A DNA stretch of 64,000 bases. Source: Rhodohalobacter sp. Its GTDB lineage: Bacteria; Bacteroidota; Rhodothermia; Balneolales; Balneolaceae. Of the stretch, positions 30,534-40,000 are shown piece after piece. The stretch covers positions 64-64,063 of the forward strand of contig NZ_JAWLDW010000004.1 in assembly GCF_041686455.1 (NCBI RefSeq). Direction: 5' to 3'. How positions within the stretch are numbered: the first letter of the stretch is position 1; each line of letters starts with the position of its first letter. A program made the position numbers and the translations under genes. The notes below the pieces were generated by a model. The model saw nothing but the letters and a program-made list of their open reading frames with translations. It was not told the origin of the DNA and did no database searches.

Positions 30534-30819
30534 CTTCTTTTCCCACAAACTTTAGTTCATCTTTTAGAACAGATGAGGGGCTAAATTCAACAACCCGCTT
30601 TGGAGGAATGAGCATATACTTTTTATAGTGGGGACTGTATACTTTTTGAACTTCTTTCACTTTACAACCAAATGTTCCCAAGTCAGGAATTGTCACGCCG
30701 TTACCACGGGCAAGCTGACTGGAAAGTACGGAGATAGCATCTTCTAAAAGCTCTTTGGTTTGAGCTTTTGACTTGCCGGAAGAATCGGCGAGTTGGTCTA
30801 TGAGTTCACGGTAAGTCAT
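30526..30819 (-). CDS. HU family DNA-binding protein
   Basis: MTYRELIDQLA, VTIPDLGTF, IPPKRVVEFSPS..LK. Confidence 0.88.
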   Translation of the reverse strand: MTYRELIDQLADSSGKSKAQTKELLEDAISVLSSQLARGNGVTIPDLGTFGCKVKEVQKVYSPHYKKYMLIPPKRVVEFSPSSVLKDELKFVGKEDE

Positions 30820-31008
30820 AACTGCAGATGATCAGTTTATTCAATAAACGAAAAAATTGCCGAAAATTCCTAACAAACTCAGAAAATGGAAGTTAACAGC
30901 ATTTTATAGATTTCCAGTAAAAAAATAAAGCCATAACAATATCACTTTGAACGATATTTTATATGATAACCTTATACTATTCAAAAGGTTAATAAAAAAG
31001 TACTCTTT

Positions 31009-32967
31009 ATGTCTGAAGCACTGAATGTTACCCAAAAGCTGATAGAATCACACTTGGTTGAAGGACAATTAAAACCTGGGGCGGAGATTGGTATAAAAAT
31101 TGATCAAACACTAACGCAGGACGCAACCGGTACACTTGTGATGCTGGAGTTGGAAGCTATGGGGCTGGACAGGGCTAAAACGGAAATTTCTTGTCAGTAT
31201 GTAGATCATAATCTTCTTCAAACTGATAATAAAAATCCGGATGATCATGTGTTCTTAAAATCTGCGGCTGATAAATTTGGAATCTGGTACTCTCGGCCGG
31301 GTAACGGAGTGAGTCATCCGGTACATACTGAACATTTCGCTACACCCGGCCAGACACTTGCAGGGTCTGATAGCCATACACCTGCATCGGGCTGTATGGG
31401 AATGTTTGCCTTGGGAGCAGGTGGGCTTGACGTAGCTTTTGCTATCGCTGGAGAACCGATGTATTTAAAGATGCCAAAAGTGCTTGGTGTGGAATTGAAA
31501 GGGAAATTACCCGATTGGGTCAGTGCCAAGGATCTCGTGCTCGAAATGTTGAGAAGATACGATGTGAAAGGAGCCCGGGGCTACGTTATTGAATACTTTG
31601 GTGAAGGCTTAAAAGAGCTTAGTACAATGGATCGGCATGTGATTGCCAACATGGGTACTGAAATGGGTGCTACAACTACGGTTTTCCCTTCTGATGATGA
31701 AGTACGCCGTTTCATGAAGCAAAATGATCGCGAGGATCAGTGGAGCGAATTGAAAGCAGATGAAGGAGCGTCTTACGATGATTATGAGGAATTGATTATG
31801 GACGAACTGGAACCAATGATTGCCCTTCCAAGCAGTCCGGGTAATGTCGTACCTGTTTCAGAAGTTGAAGGTAAGCCGATCTATCAATCGTACATCGGTT
31901 CGTCTGCAAATCCGGGATACAGGGATTTTTGGATAACTTCAGAAATTGTAAAAGATCAGCGCATCCATGATGATGTAAGTTTAGACGTTAATCCAACATC
32001 ACGACAGATAATCGAGAATATGGTTAAGACCGGGGTGATGCTTCATTTGGTGCAGTCAGGTGCACGAATACACCAGGCGGGATGCAACGGCTGTATTGGA
32101 ATGGGACAGGCGCCAGCGAGCGGTCAGAATAGTTTAAGAACGGTTCCGCGTAACTTTCCGGATCGATCGGGTACTAAAGAAGACTCCGTTTTTCTGGTAA
32201 GTCCTGAAACGGCAACTGCTTCTGCATTGACCGGCGAAATCACGGATCCGCGACGGCTTGAAGAGCTGTTTGATATCAAGTGGCCAAAGTACAGCGACCC
32301 TGAAGATTACATTATCAATAAAGACATGCTCCTGGCACCCTCAGAAAACGGAAAAGAGAAAGAGCTTAAAAAAGGACCGAATATCTCAACAATGCCCGAC
32401 TTTGAAGAGCTCTCCGATTTTGAAGTTCCGGTGCTCTTAAAAATGGGAGATGATATTTCGACAGATGGTATCCTGAAGGCAGGTGCAGAGGTATTGCCTT
32501 TCAGAAGCAATATCCCTGAAATCAGTAAATTTTCGTTTACAGTTATAGATGAATCATTTTATGACCGGGCCATTGAGGCAAATGAAGAATATGAAGGGCA
32601 TGTAGTTATTGCGGGTGAGAACTATGCACAAGGTTCAAGCCGTGAACATGCAGCAATTGCTCCAAGATATTTAGGGCAGCGTGCTGTTATTGCCAAAAGT
32701 TACGCCCGCATAGGGTGGCAAAATCTGGCCAATTTTGGTATTGCTCCTCTCGAATTTATCGATGATGATGACTACGAGTCAATCGATCAGGGAGATATTC
32801 TAAAAGTTGAGGATATCAGGCAGCAGCTAAAATCCGGAGAAAAAATAACGGTTAAGAACGTTACGAAAGACAGTGAATTTACCGTACGACATACATTGAG
32901 CGGGCGGCAGTTAAAATCGCTGTTGGACGGTGGAGTAATTAATACTTTTAAAAAAGAAAAGGCTTAA
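31009..32967 (+). CDS. acn: aconitate hydratase (compact, about 650 aa type)
   Basis: QDATG, DHN, GSDSHT, GSSANP, GCNGCIG, RNF, DISTD, GSSREHA, SYARI. Confidence 0.9.
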   Translation: MSEALNVTQKLIESHLVEGQLKPGAEIGIKIDQTLTQDATGTLVMLELEAMGLDRAKTEISCQYVDHNLLQTDNKNPDDHVFLKSAADKFGIWYSRPGNGVSHPVHTEHFATPGQTLAGSDSHTPASGCMGMFALGAGGLDVAFAIAGEPMYLKMPKVLGVELKGKLPDWVSAKDLVLEMLRRYDVKGARGYVIEYFGEGLKELSTMDRHVIANMGTEMGATTTVFPSDDEVRRFMKQNDREDQWSELKADEGASYDDYEELIMDELEPMIALPSSPGNVVPVSEVEGKPIYQSYIGSSANPGYRDFWITSEIVKDQRIHDDVSLDVNPTSRQIIENMVKTGVMLHLVQSGARIHQAGCNGCIGMGQAPASGQNSLRTVPRNFPDRSGTKEDSVFLVSPETATASALTGEITDPRRLEELFDIKWPKYSDPEDYIINKDMLLAPSENGKEKELKKGPNISTMPDFEELSDFEVPVLLKMGDDISTDGILKAGAEVLPFRSNIPEISKFSFTVIDESFYDRAIEANEEYEGHVVIAGENYAQGSSREHAAIAPRYLGQRAVIAKSYARIGWQNLANFGIAPLEFIDDDDYESIDQGDILKVEDIRQQLKSGEKITVKNVTKDSEFTVRHTLSGRQLKSLLDGGVINTFKKEKA

Positions 32968-33090
32968 TTTGAACCGTTATGATAGCTTTTAGTGATGTGT
33001 CTCTATCGTTTCATCTATTATGATATTGAAACAGGAACCCGTAACTTTAAAGCTGAAAAAAAAGATATTTATACACAGATTTTTTAATCA

Positions 33091-33795
33091 ATGAGTAAAG
33101 AAAAAAATGCAGTCGGTTCACTGGAACTAGACCATACAGAAGCAGACGAAATTGGAGATGATCACATATCCACTTCTGTTAAAACACCACTTAGAGAAGA
33201 CGCTTTTGAATTAACGGATGGCGAAAAAATTGAAGTGATTGAAAAACATTTCGCCAAAATTATGGAAGCTTTGGGATTAGACCTGAACGACGAGAGTTTA
33301 AGCGGTACTCCCCAACGTGTTGCCAAAATGTACGTGAAGGAAATTTTTAAAGGCCTGAACCCTAAGAATCGTCCGGATGCCAGAAAATTTGGCAACAAGT
33401 ATGAGTATGGCGATATGGTTGTGGTAAAAAATATTAATGTAACTTCTTTTTGTGAGCACCACTTTTTGCCATTCATTGGGAAGGCTCACGTTGCCTATTA
33501 CAGTACCGGCAAAGTTATCGGACTGTCTAAAATTAACCGGGTGGTGGATTATTATGCCCGGCGTCCACAAGTGCAGGAACGATTGACATTGCAGATAGCA
33601 GATGAGTTGGAAACTGCATTGGAATCGAAGGATGTGGCTGTATTTATCGAAAGTAAGCATTTTTGTGTTTCTACACGTGGAATTCAAGACAGGGAAAGCA
33701 GTACGGTTACTACTGATTACAGAGGCCAATTCAAGGATGAGATAACTCAGCAACGGTTTATTGATTATATTAAAACTCAAACCGATATGGCCTGA
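33091..33795 (+). CDS. folE: GTP cyclohydrolase I
   Basis: TPQRVAKM, CEHHFLPF.G, IGLSK, RRPQVQERLT, HFCVSTRG. Confidence 0.96.
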   Translation: MSKEKNAVGSLELDHTEADEIGDDHISTSVKTPLREDAFELTDGEKIEVIEKHFAKIMEALGLDLNDESLSGTPQRVAKMYVKEIFKGLNPKNRPDARKFGNKYEYGDMVVVKNINVTSFCEHHFLPFIGKAHVAYYSTGKVIGLSKINRVVDYYARRPQVQERLTLQIADELETALESKDVAVFIESKHFCVSTRGIQDRESSTVTTDYRGQFKDEITQQRFIDYIKTQTDMA

Positions 33796-33858
33796 TACCA
33801 AATCGTTCGGTTAATATTTTAGGATAATCAACAATTTCAGGATCTTTAAAAGATAACA

Positions 33859-35370
33859 ATGGCACAGAAGGAGCAATCAAAACTGCATCTTTACAACAGT
33901 TTATCACGAAATAAAGAACTGTTTGAACCGATCAAGCCGCCTTTTGTTGGTCTTTATGTATGTGGTCCAACCGTTTACGGAGATCCACATTTAGGACATG
34001 CCCGGGCAGCCATCACTTTTGATATTGTTTACAGATACCTTAAGCATCTTGGATATAAAGTTCGATATGTTCGGAATATTACAGATGTAGGACATCTCGA
34101 AAATGAAGAGGCTGAACAGGGAGAAGACAAAATTGCTAAAAAAGCCCGTCTACAAGAGATTGAACCGATGGAAGTGGTTCAGACCTACACCATAAAGTAC
34201 CATGAAGGTATGGATGCACTGAACTGTATTCGGCCAAGTATCGAACCGACGGCATCTGGCCACATCATAGAACAGATTGAGCTGATTGAAAAAATTTTGG
34301 AAAACGGATTCGCTTACGAAGTAAATGGAAGTGTCTATTTCGATTTGATGAAATATCGTGAGAGTAACGACTATGGAACACTTTCGGGCAAAGTTCTGGA
34401 AGATTTACAAGTTGGCAGTCGCGGCACTGAAGGAATGGAAGAGAAGAAAAGTCCGTACGATTTTGCACTCTGGAAAAAGGCGAATCCGGAGCACATCATG
34501 CGATGGCGTTCACCATGGAGTGTTGGATTTCCCGGCTGGCACCTCGAGTGCACCACGATGAGCACGAAATATTTGGGAGAAAAATTTGATATTCATGGCG
34601 GCGGGCTGGACTTGCAGTTTCCTCACCATGAAGCTGAAATAGCTCAGTGCAGAGGCGCTCACGGCCACGATCCGGTGAACTACTGGATGCACAACAATAT
34701 GGTGACCATAGACGGTTCCAAGATGAGTAAAAGTGCCGGAAACTTTATAAATCTGGAAGAGCTCTTTGGCGGTGACCATGTAAAACTGGATAAAGCGTAT
34801 GATCCTATGGTAGTGCGCTTTCTTATGCTTCAGAGTCATTACAGAAGTAAAATAGACTTTTCAAACGAAGCACTTGCTGCTGCAGAAAAAGGTTATCAAA
34901 AGCTGATGAATGCCGTAGATACCCTGAACAAAATGGATCCGCCCAAAAACGGTACTGATGGAAAAATAGATAATGAAATTCTGGACGCTTGCAATCGTTG
35001 TCATTCAGCCATGAATGATGATTTTAACACGGCTCTCGTTCTTGCTGCACTCTTCGATTTGAGCAGCAAAGTGAATGCACTCCACAATGGTCAAATCAAT
35101 AAATCTGAACTATCTATTTCTGCATTTACATCTCTTTCCAAAACTATGAATGAGTTTGTATTTGACGTGATGGGCTTGAAGGCGCACACCAAATCAGACG
35201 ATAGTAAAACGGATGAGCTGGTTCAACTTCTGATTGAAATTCGTGCTGAAGCTCGAGAGAAGAAAGATTTTGCCACATCTGATAAAATCAGGGATGACCT
35301 TTTGGAAATTGGGATCCGTTTGAAGGACGACAAAAGCGGAAACACCACCTACGAATTTAATGCTTCATAG
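33859..35370 (+). CDS. cysS: cysteine--tRNA ligase
   Basis: YVCGPTVYGDPHLGHAR, GFPGWHLEC, DIHGGGLDL.FPHHE, KMSKS. Confidence 0.97.
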   Translation: MAQKEQSKLHLYNSLSRNKELFEPIKPPFVGLYVCGPTVYGDPHLGHARAAITFDIVYRYLKHLGYKVRYVRNITDVGHLENEEAEQGEDKIAKKARLQEIEPMEVVQTYTIKYHEGMDALNCIRPSIEPTASGHIIEQIELIEKILENGFAYEVNGSVYFDLMKYRESNDYGTLSGKVLEDLQVGSRGTEGMEEKKSPYDFALWKKANPEHIMRWRSPWSVGFPGWHLECTTMSTKYLGEKFDIHGGGLDLQFPHHEAEIAQCRGAHGHDPVNYWMHNNMVTIDGSKMSKSAGNFINLEELFGGDHVKLDKAYDPMVVRFLMLQSHYRSKIDFSNEALAAAEKGYQKLMNAVDTLNKMDPPKNGTDGKIDNEILDACNRCHSAMNDDFNTALVLAALFDLSSKVNALHNGQINKSELSISAFTSLSKTMNEFVFDVMGLKAHTKSDDSKTDELVQLLIEIRAEAREKKDFATSDKIRDDLLEIGIRLKDDKSGNTTYEFNAS

Positions 35371-35623
35371 TATCCAAAAAGTCTTGAAATGGATTTTTGT
35401 AGGTCTGATTAAGATCTATCAGGCGATTTTGTCTCCCTTTATGGGTCCAAGCTGCAGGCACGTACCAAGCTGCTCTAACTACACAATTGAAGCCATTGAG
35501 GAGTGGGGAGTTTTGAAAGGTACTTGGCTGGGTATAAAACGAATTTCGAAATGTCATCCATGGGGTAGTTCAGGATACGATCCGGTACCGAAAAAAAAGG
35601 ATGATGACGACGGAAGTTTATAA
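35360..35623 (+). CDS. yidD: membrane protein insertion efficiency factor
   Basis: YQ..LSP..GPSCRHVPSCS.Y..EA, RI.KCHPWG..G.DPVP. Confidence 0.93.
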   Translation: MLHSIQKVLKWIFVGLIKIYQAILSPFMGPSCRHVPSCSNYTIEAIEEWGVLKGTWLGIKRISKCHPWGSSGYDPVPKKKDDDDGSL

Positions 35624-35682
35624 TCCAACGTCTTTAAAATATAGCTTGGCCGCTACTTTTTTTTAAATGTTTAAGAAGCATT

Positions 35683-36357
35683 TTAATACCAATCTATATC
35701 TCTGATTTCAAATAAGTCTTCATCAGAGGGGTCTGTATTGATCAATATTCCGCCGACGGCCAACAGTGGCTTACCTTCTAAATAGGAAAGACAGGAAGTG
35801 ATGATTTCCCTGATTTCATGTTTAATCTCATCATATGTTATTTCAGTAGCAGTTATGACTTGGTCTTCTGAATTGGAAAGTTTTTTCCAATTTTTTCGAA
35901 GAAGATTTTTCACCTCCTCCTGTTGATAATCATACTGTGGCTTTTTAGAATTCTCATTATTTTTTAATGTATTGAGTGCTCCTATGACTGAACCGCAACT
36001 TGAAGTATTAAGTTGTTGCCCGGCCCGGTGTACTTTTCCGATTTCACCTTCTTGAGTAATTCCAACATGAGGTCCATAGACAATAAAAGCACCTCCATTA
36101 TCTGGTATATGGCTTGAAAAAGCTTTAAAACCAGTCTTGCCCGCAAAAGGGATTCCTGAAATACCCCCAAGGATAAAAGGCCCAAATGTTTCAAAATATT
36201 CATCTAGCTGATGAAGACTCTGATTAACTTCGTCACTACAAACCGAGGTTGCCCAAAGTGTATTTTTTTGGTTTAAGTTTTTTTTAGATAGTTTTTCTAG
36301 TACAAATTCTTGGAGTTTGGGAATGGGTACTGCTCTAGGGAAATAGTTGTCTATCAT
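35683..36357 (-). CDS. LCIB/LCIC-type beta-carbonic anhydrase homolog
   Basis: SVCSDEVN, F.LGG.SGIPFAGKTG..AF..H.P, GPHVGI, HRAG, SCGS; gives the Cys/His/Cys zinc-ligand set and Asp/Arg of the LCIB_C_CA family. Confidence 0.8.
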   Translation of the reverse strand: MIDNYFPRAVPIPKLQEFVLEKLSKKNLNQKNTLWATSVCSDEVNQSLHQLDEYFETFGPFILGGISGIPFAGKTGFKAFSSHIPDNGGAFIVYGPHVGITQEGEIGKVHRAGQQLNTSSCGSVIGALNTLKNNENSKKPQYDYQQEEVKNLLRKNWKKLSNSEDQVITATEITYDEIKHEIREIITSCLSYLEGKPLLAVGGILINTDPSDEDLFEIRDIDWY

Positions 36358-36472
36358 TTTTACTTATTAATTAGAAATAGCATCTAAATTTAAAGAAAAG
36401 GCAAGTCAGTTTCATTGAGCTGAAAAGCATTTCTGATAGCAAATGGACGACGGACTAACTGCTATATCGATT

Positions 36473-37933
36473 TTATTCACCTTGGCCGGACGAAAAGGCG
36501 GGTTCATTGTCGAACAGATAAAGGTTTTCCGTTTTAATGATATCTATAGCATGTTTGGTTAATCTTTTTTGAAGATCAACAACTTTGAACTGAGTGGCTT
36601 TCCCATTCATAGATTTAAATCTGCATCGCCAATGATCTGTACAAAAAGTTTCTGGATTACCATTTGGCCATACTTTTGTACCTCGATTTGTAATCATGGT
36701 CAGTTCAAACTCCTCACTGGCTGCGTCATTAAGTCTTTGAGCAAGTAGATTTATATTTTGGGGTTCCCAATAGATAAATACGTCCACTCCGGTAAGAGTC
36801 CTTTTTTGAGTTGCAGAAGGTTTATTTTCTGACCTGCTCAATTTTAATGCCGGGATCTGAAAATTAACGGCTCCGGATGTAGAAACTTTTGAAAGTGTTG
36901 CCGGCTTCTGTCCTAATCTCTCGATTACAGCTTGGGTGAAATCTTGAGTGGAAGCTTTGAGCTTGCTGTCGTTATTAAATATGTCAGGAGTGTGAATTCC
37001 ATCTTCAAGAGTTTTAAGCCAGGCATTTTGAATATTATCCGCTTGAGTAAACTGCCCAAGATGCCTTAACATCATTACAGAAGCTTGAATGAGAGCCGAA
37101 GGATTTGCAATATTATGGCCGGCAATATCCGGGGCTGATCCATGAATTGCTTCAAACATAGCTGTTTTTGTTCCAATATTTGCTGAGCCCACCATACCCA
37201 CTGATCCTGAAATCTGAGCTGTGATATCTGAAACAATATCTCCGTACAAGTTCGGCATAACTACTACATCAAACCGCTCAGGAGTGTCTGCTAGTCTGGC
37301 AGTTCCAATATCCACAATTAAATTTTCTGATTCGATGTGTGGGTACTCTTTGGAAACTGTTTTAAACACATCGTGAAAAAGACCATCCGTCAGTTTCATG
37401 ATATTGTCTTTTGTAAGACAGGTTACTTTACTTCGGCCATTCGATTTTGCATACTCAAAAGCGTAGCGTACGATTCGTTCAGTACCGGGAAGGGTGATTA
37501 ATTTAAGGCATTGGTATACTTCAAAGGTTTGTCTGTGCTCGATACCGCCGTATGTATCTTCTTCATTTTCGCGGATTACAATTACATCCATATCCGGATG
37601 TTTGGTTTTAACAAATGGATGGTAAGCCCTGCATGGCCTTACATTTGCAAAAAGGCCGAGAGTCTTTCGCAATGTTACATTTAAACTTTTCACACCGCCT
37701 CCCTGGGGGGTAGTAATAGGAGCTTTTAGCAGAATTTTATTCTTTGAGATTATGTCCCAGCTTTTATCTTCGATCCCCGCTTTAATACCTTTGTTATAAA
37801 CTTTTTCACCTACTTCAATTGACTCATAAATGAGATTAGAATTAGCCGCATCTAGAATTTTTAAGGTAGAATCCATTATCTCAGGACCAATTCCGTCTCC
37901 GTGCGCCACAGTAATTGTTTTCGTAAAGCTCAT
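36473..37933 (-). CDS. icd: isocitrate dehydrogenase, long form with C-terminal extension
   Basis: GDGIGPEI, KAPITTPQGGG.KSLNV, RENEED.Y, K.NIMKLTDG, PNLYGDI.SD, EAIHGSAPDIAG, C-terminal MITNRG.KVWP..CTDHWRCRF. Confidence 0.92.
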   Translation of the reverse strand: MSFTKTITVAHGDGIGPEIMDSTLKILDAANSNLIYESIEVGEKVYNKGIKAGIEDKSWDIISKNKILLKAPITTPQGGGVKSLNVTLRKTLGLFANVRPCRAYHPFVKTKHPDMDVIVIRENEEDTYGGIEHRQTFEVYQCLKLITLPGTERIVRYAFEYAKSNGRSKVTCLTKDNIMKLTDGLFHDVFKTVSKEYPHIESENLIVDIGTARLADTPERFDVVVMPNLYGDIVSDITAQISGSVGMVGSANIGTKTAMFEAIHGSAPDIAGHNIANPSALIQASVMMLRHLGQFTQADNIQNAWLKTLEDGIHTPDIFNNDSKLKASTQDFTQAVIERLGQKPATLSKVSTSGAVNFQIPALKLSRSENKPSATQKRTLTGVDVFIYWEPQNINLLAQRLNDAASEEFELTMITNRGTKVWPNGNPETFCTDHWRCRFKSMNGKATQFKVVDLQKRLTKHAIDIIKTENLYLFDNEPAFSSGQGE

Positions 37934-37992
37934 TATTTTTTGTTTAAATGTTGAATATGCGGCGAAAAAATAGGGTGCTTTTTGTATAAATA

Positions 37993-38026
37993 ATAATTAA
38001 CATAAATGATTATAATCATAAGTTAT
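37993..38026. promoter_or_regulatory. LysR-type boxes in the icd/lysR divergent promoter
   Basis: ATAA-N7-TTAT at 38012-38026, imperfect ATAA-N7-AAAT at 37993-38007, 14-bp palindrome ATGATTATAATCAT at 38006-38019. Confidence 0.6.
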
Positions 38027-38031
38027 CGTTT

Positions 38032-38934
38032 ATGTCATTTACGCTACATCAACTGGACGTTTTTGCATCAGTGGCAAAAAACAAAAGCATTACCAAAGCA
38101 GCTAAAGAGCTATTTATGAGTCAGCCTGCGGTTTCAATTCAGGTAAAGAAATTACAGGAACACTTCGACATTGACCTTATTGAGGTAATAGGTAAGCAGC
38201 TTTACTTGACTGATGCAGGAGTTGAGCTCTATAACTCACAGAAGAAAATTAAGAGTGAGCTTAAGTCTTTGGAGATGGCGCTTGATGAATTAAAAGGGGT
38301 GATGAAGGGTAAATTAAGTATTGTGGTGGTGTCAACCGCGAAATATTTCATGCCTTACATCCTTGGAAAATTCAGAGATGAGTTGCCTCACGTACAGATA
38401 TCTTTAAAAGTAACAGACCGAATTGAAGTTGCGTCTCAATTAAAAGAAAATGCATGTGACCTGGCTGTTTTTTCACAATTGCCAGAGGGAATAGCGTTGG
38501 AGCAGATCGGATTTTTGTCAAATCCATTGGTGCTGGCTGCTTCACCCAATCATGATCTTGCAAATAAAAAAAATATCCAGTGGGAAGATCTTAAAAAGTA
38601 CGACTTTTTGATCCGGGAAACAGGGTCTGGAACCAGACTGGTGATGGAAAGTTTATTAAATCAGGAAAGCATTAATCCAAAAATTGTAATGGAGTTGAGT
38701 ACGAACGAAGCTGTGAAACAAGCAATTATGGCTGGAATAGGAATTTCATTAGTGTCGCGATACAGCTTGCTAAATGAAGAAAAAATGGGCAAAATATCTG
38801 TTTTGGACGTTAAAGGTTTACCCTATGTGAATAACTGGAAATTGGTTTATCCCAAAGGTAAAAAGTTGAGCCCGGTTGCAAGGAGTTTCATTCAATTTGC
38901 AAAGAATAAAAATATCCACGCAATCATAAGTTGA
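38032..38934 (+). CDS. LysR family regulator, CbbR/CmpR-like
   Basis: TLHQLDVF..VA...SITKAAKEL.MSQPAVSIQVK HTH; VVSTAKYFMP..LG.F, RE.GSGTR and STNEAVKQAI.AG.G typical of the CbbR subgroup. Confidence 0.85.
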   Translation: MSFTLHQLDVFASVAKNKSITKAAKELFMSQPAVSIQVKKLQEHFDIDLIEVIGKQLYLTDAGVELYNSQKKIKSELKSLEMALDELKGVMKGKLSIVVVSTAKYFMPYILGKFRDELPHVQISLKVTDRIEVASQLKENACDLAVFSQLPEGIALEQIGFLSNPLVLAASPNHDLANKKNIQWEDLKKYDFLIRETGSGTRLVMESLLNQESINPKIVMELSTNEAVKQAIMAGIGISLVSRYSLLNEEKMGKISVLDVKGLPYVNNWKLVYPKGKKLSPVARSFIQFAKNKNIHAIIS

Positions 38935-39042
38935 ATTTTATTCGTTTACCAATTTTTAGAATAGGGCTACTTCGCTCTTATATTTCCCGGTTTTTTTATT
39001 TAGTTTCGATGGTTTTAAGTTGAAAAAAATATAATACTGTTA

Positions 39043-39999
39043 ATGGAATCTCTGCTATCAAATTTTACATCACCTATTGTGATGGCTTTTGTCTTGGGAA
39101 TCGTTGCAAAAGTAGTTAAGAGTGATCTTGAATTTCCGCAACCTATCTATAAGGCCTTATCGATCTACTTGCTGCTTGCAATTGGATTAAAGGGGGGGGT
39201 TGAACTTAGCACTACGGCTTTTTCTGACTTCATTTGGCCAGTTGTTGCTACAATTTCCTTAGGTATTTTAACCCCACTCATTGCATATGCAGTATTGAGA
39301 TATATGGGTAAATTTGATGTCTCAAACGCGGCGGGTATTGCTGCACATTACGGTTCTGTTTCGGCAGTAACATTCATAGCTGCTATCAGCTATGCTGAAA
39401 GTTTAGGAGACTCTCCCGAGGGTTTTCTTCCTGCCCTTGTTGCATTGCTGGAGGTGCCGGGAATTATTGTTGCTTTGATGATACCTCAAATTATTAATTC
39501 AGGTTCAGGTTCTGTTAAAAAAGCACTTCACGAAGTTGTAACAGGCAGCAGTATAATTTTGTTGCTTGGAGGATTGATAATTGGATATTTGGCAGGTCCT
39601 AAAAGTTTTGAACCGGTAGCCCCATTTTTTGTAAATGGTTTCCAGGGGGCTTTAGTGCTTTTTCTACTGGAACTTGGGATGATTACCGCACGCAGGCTCG
39701 GTGATTTGAAAAGAGCGGGCTTTTTCTTGTTGGGATTTGGAATAATAGTGCCTATCCTCTTTGGGTTTATGGCAGTTTTAGTAGGGCTCTGGTCAGGTCT
39801 AAGTGTAGCAGGCAGTTCTGTATTTGCCGCTATGGTTTCCAGCGGGAGTTACATTGCAGCCCCTGCAGCTGTAAGAATTGCATTACCAAAAGCAAGTCCT
39901 ACACTTTACCTTACAGCATCACTTGGAATAACTTTTCCTTTTAACATTACGCTGGGTATTCCATTATACTATGTAATTGCAACTTGGTTTGGAGGTTAA
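39043..39999 (+). CDS. sbtA: sodium-dependent bicarbonate transporter (SbtA/DUF897)
   Basis: S.YLL.AIGLKGGVEL, AAHYGSVSAVTF, FLLELG, SYIAAPAA.R, LG.TFPFNI.LGIPLY. Confidence 0.92.
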   Translation: MESLLSNFTSPIVMAFVLGIVAKVVKSDLEFPQPIYKALSIYLLLAIGLKGGVELSTTAFSDFIWPVVATISLGILTPLIAYAVLRYMGKFDVSNAAGIAAHYGSVSAVTFIAAISYAESLGDSPEGFLPALVALLEVPGIIVALMIPQIINSGSGSVKKALHEVVTGSSIILLLGGLIIGYLAGPKSFEPVAPFFVNGFQGALVLFLLELGMITARRLGDLKRAGFFLLGFGIIVPILFGFMAVLVGLWSGLSVAGSSVFAAMVSSGSYIAAPAAVRIALPKASPTLYLTASLGITFPFNITLGIPLYYVIATWFGG

Positions 40000-40000
40000 T

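Noticed and set aside
31009-32967. Aconitase as part of the icd-sbtAB module
   Set aside because: It is separated by folE-cysS-yidD and faces the opposite way; the proximity to icd may be chance.
38006-38019. Fur box in the icd/lysR gap
   Set aside because: ATGATTATAATCAT does not fit the 7-1-7 Fur consensus spacing and is better explained by overlapping LysR boxes.
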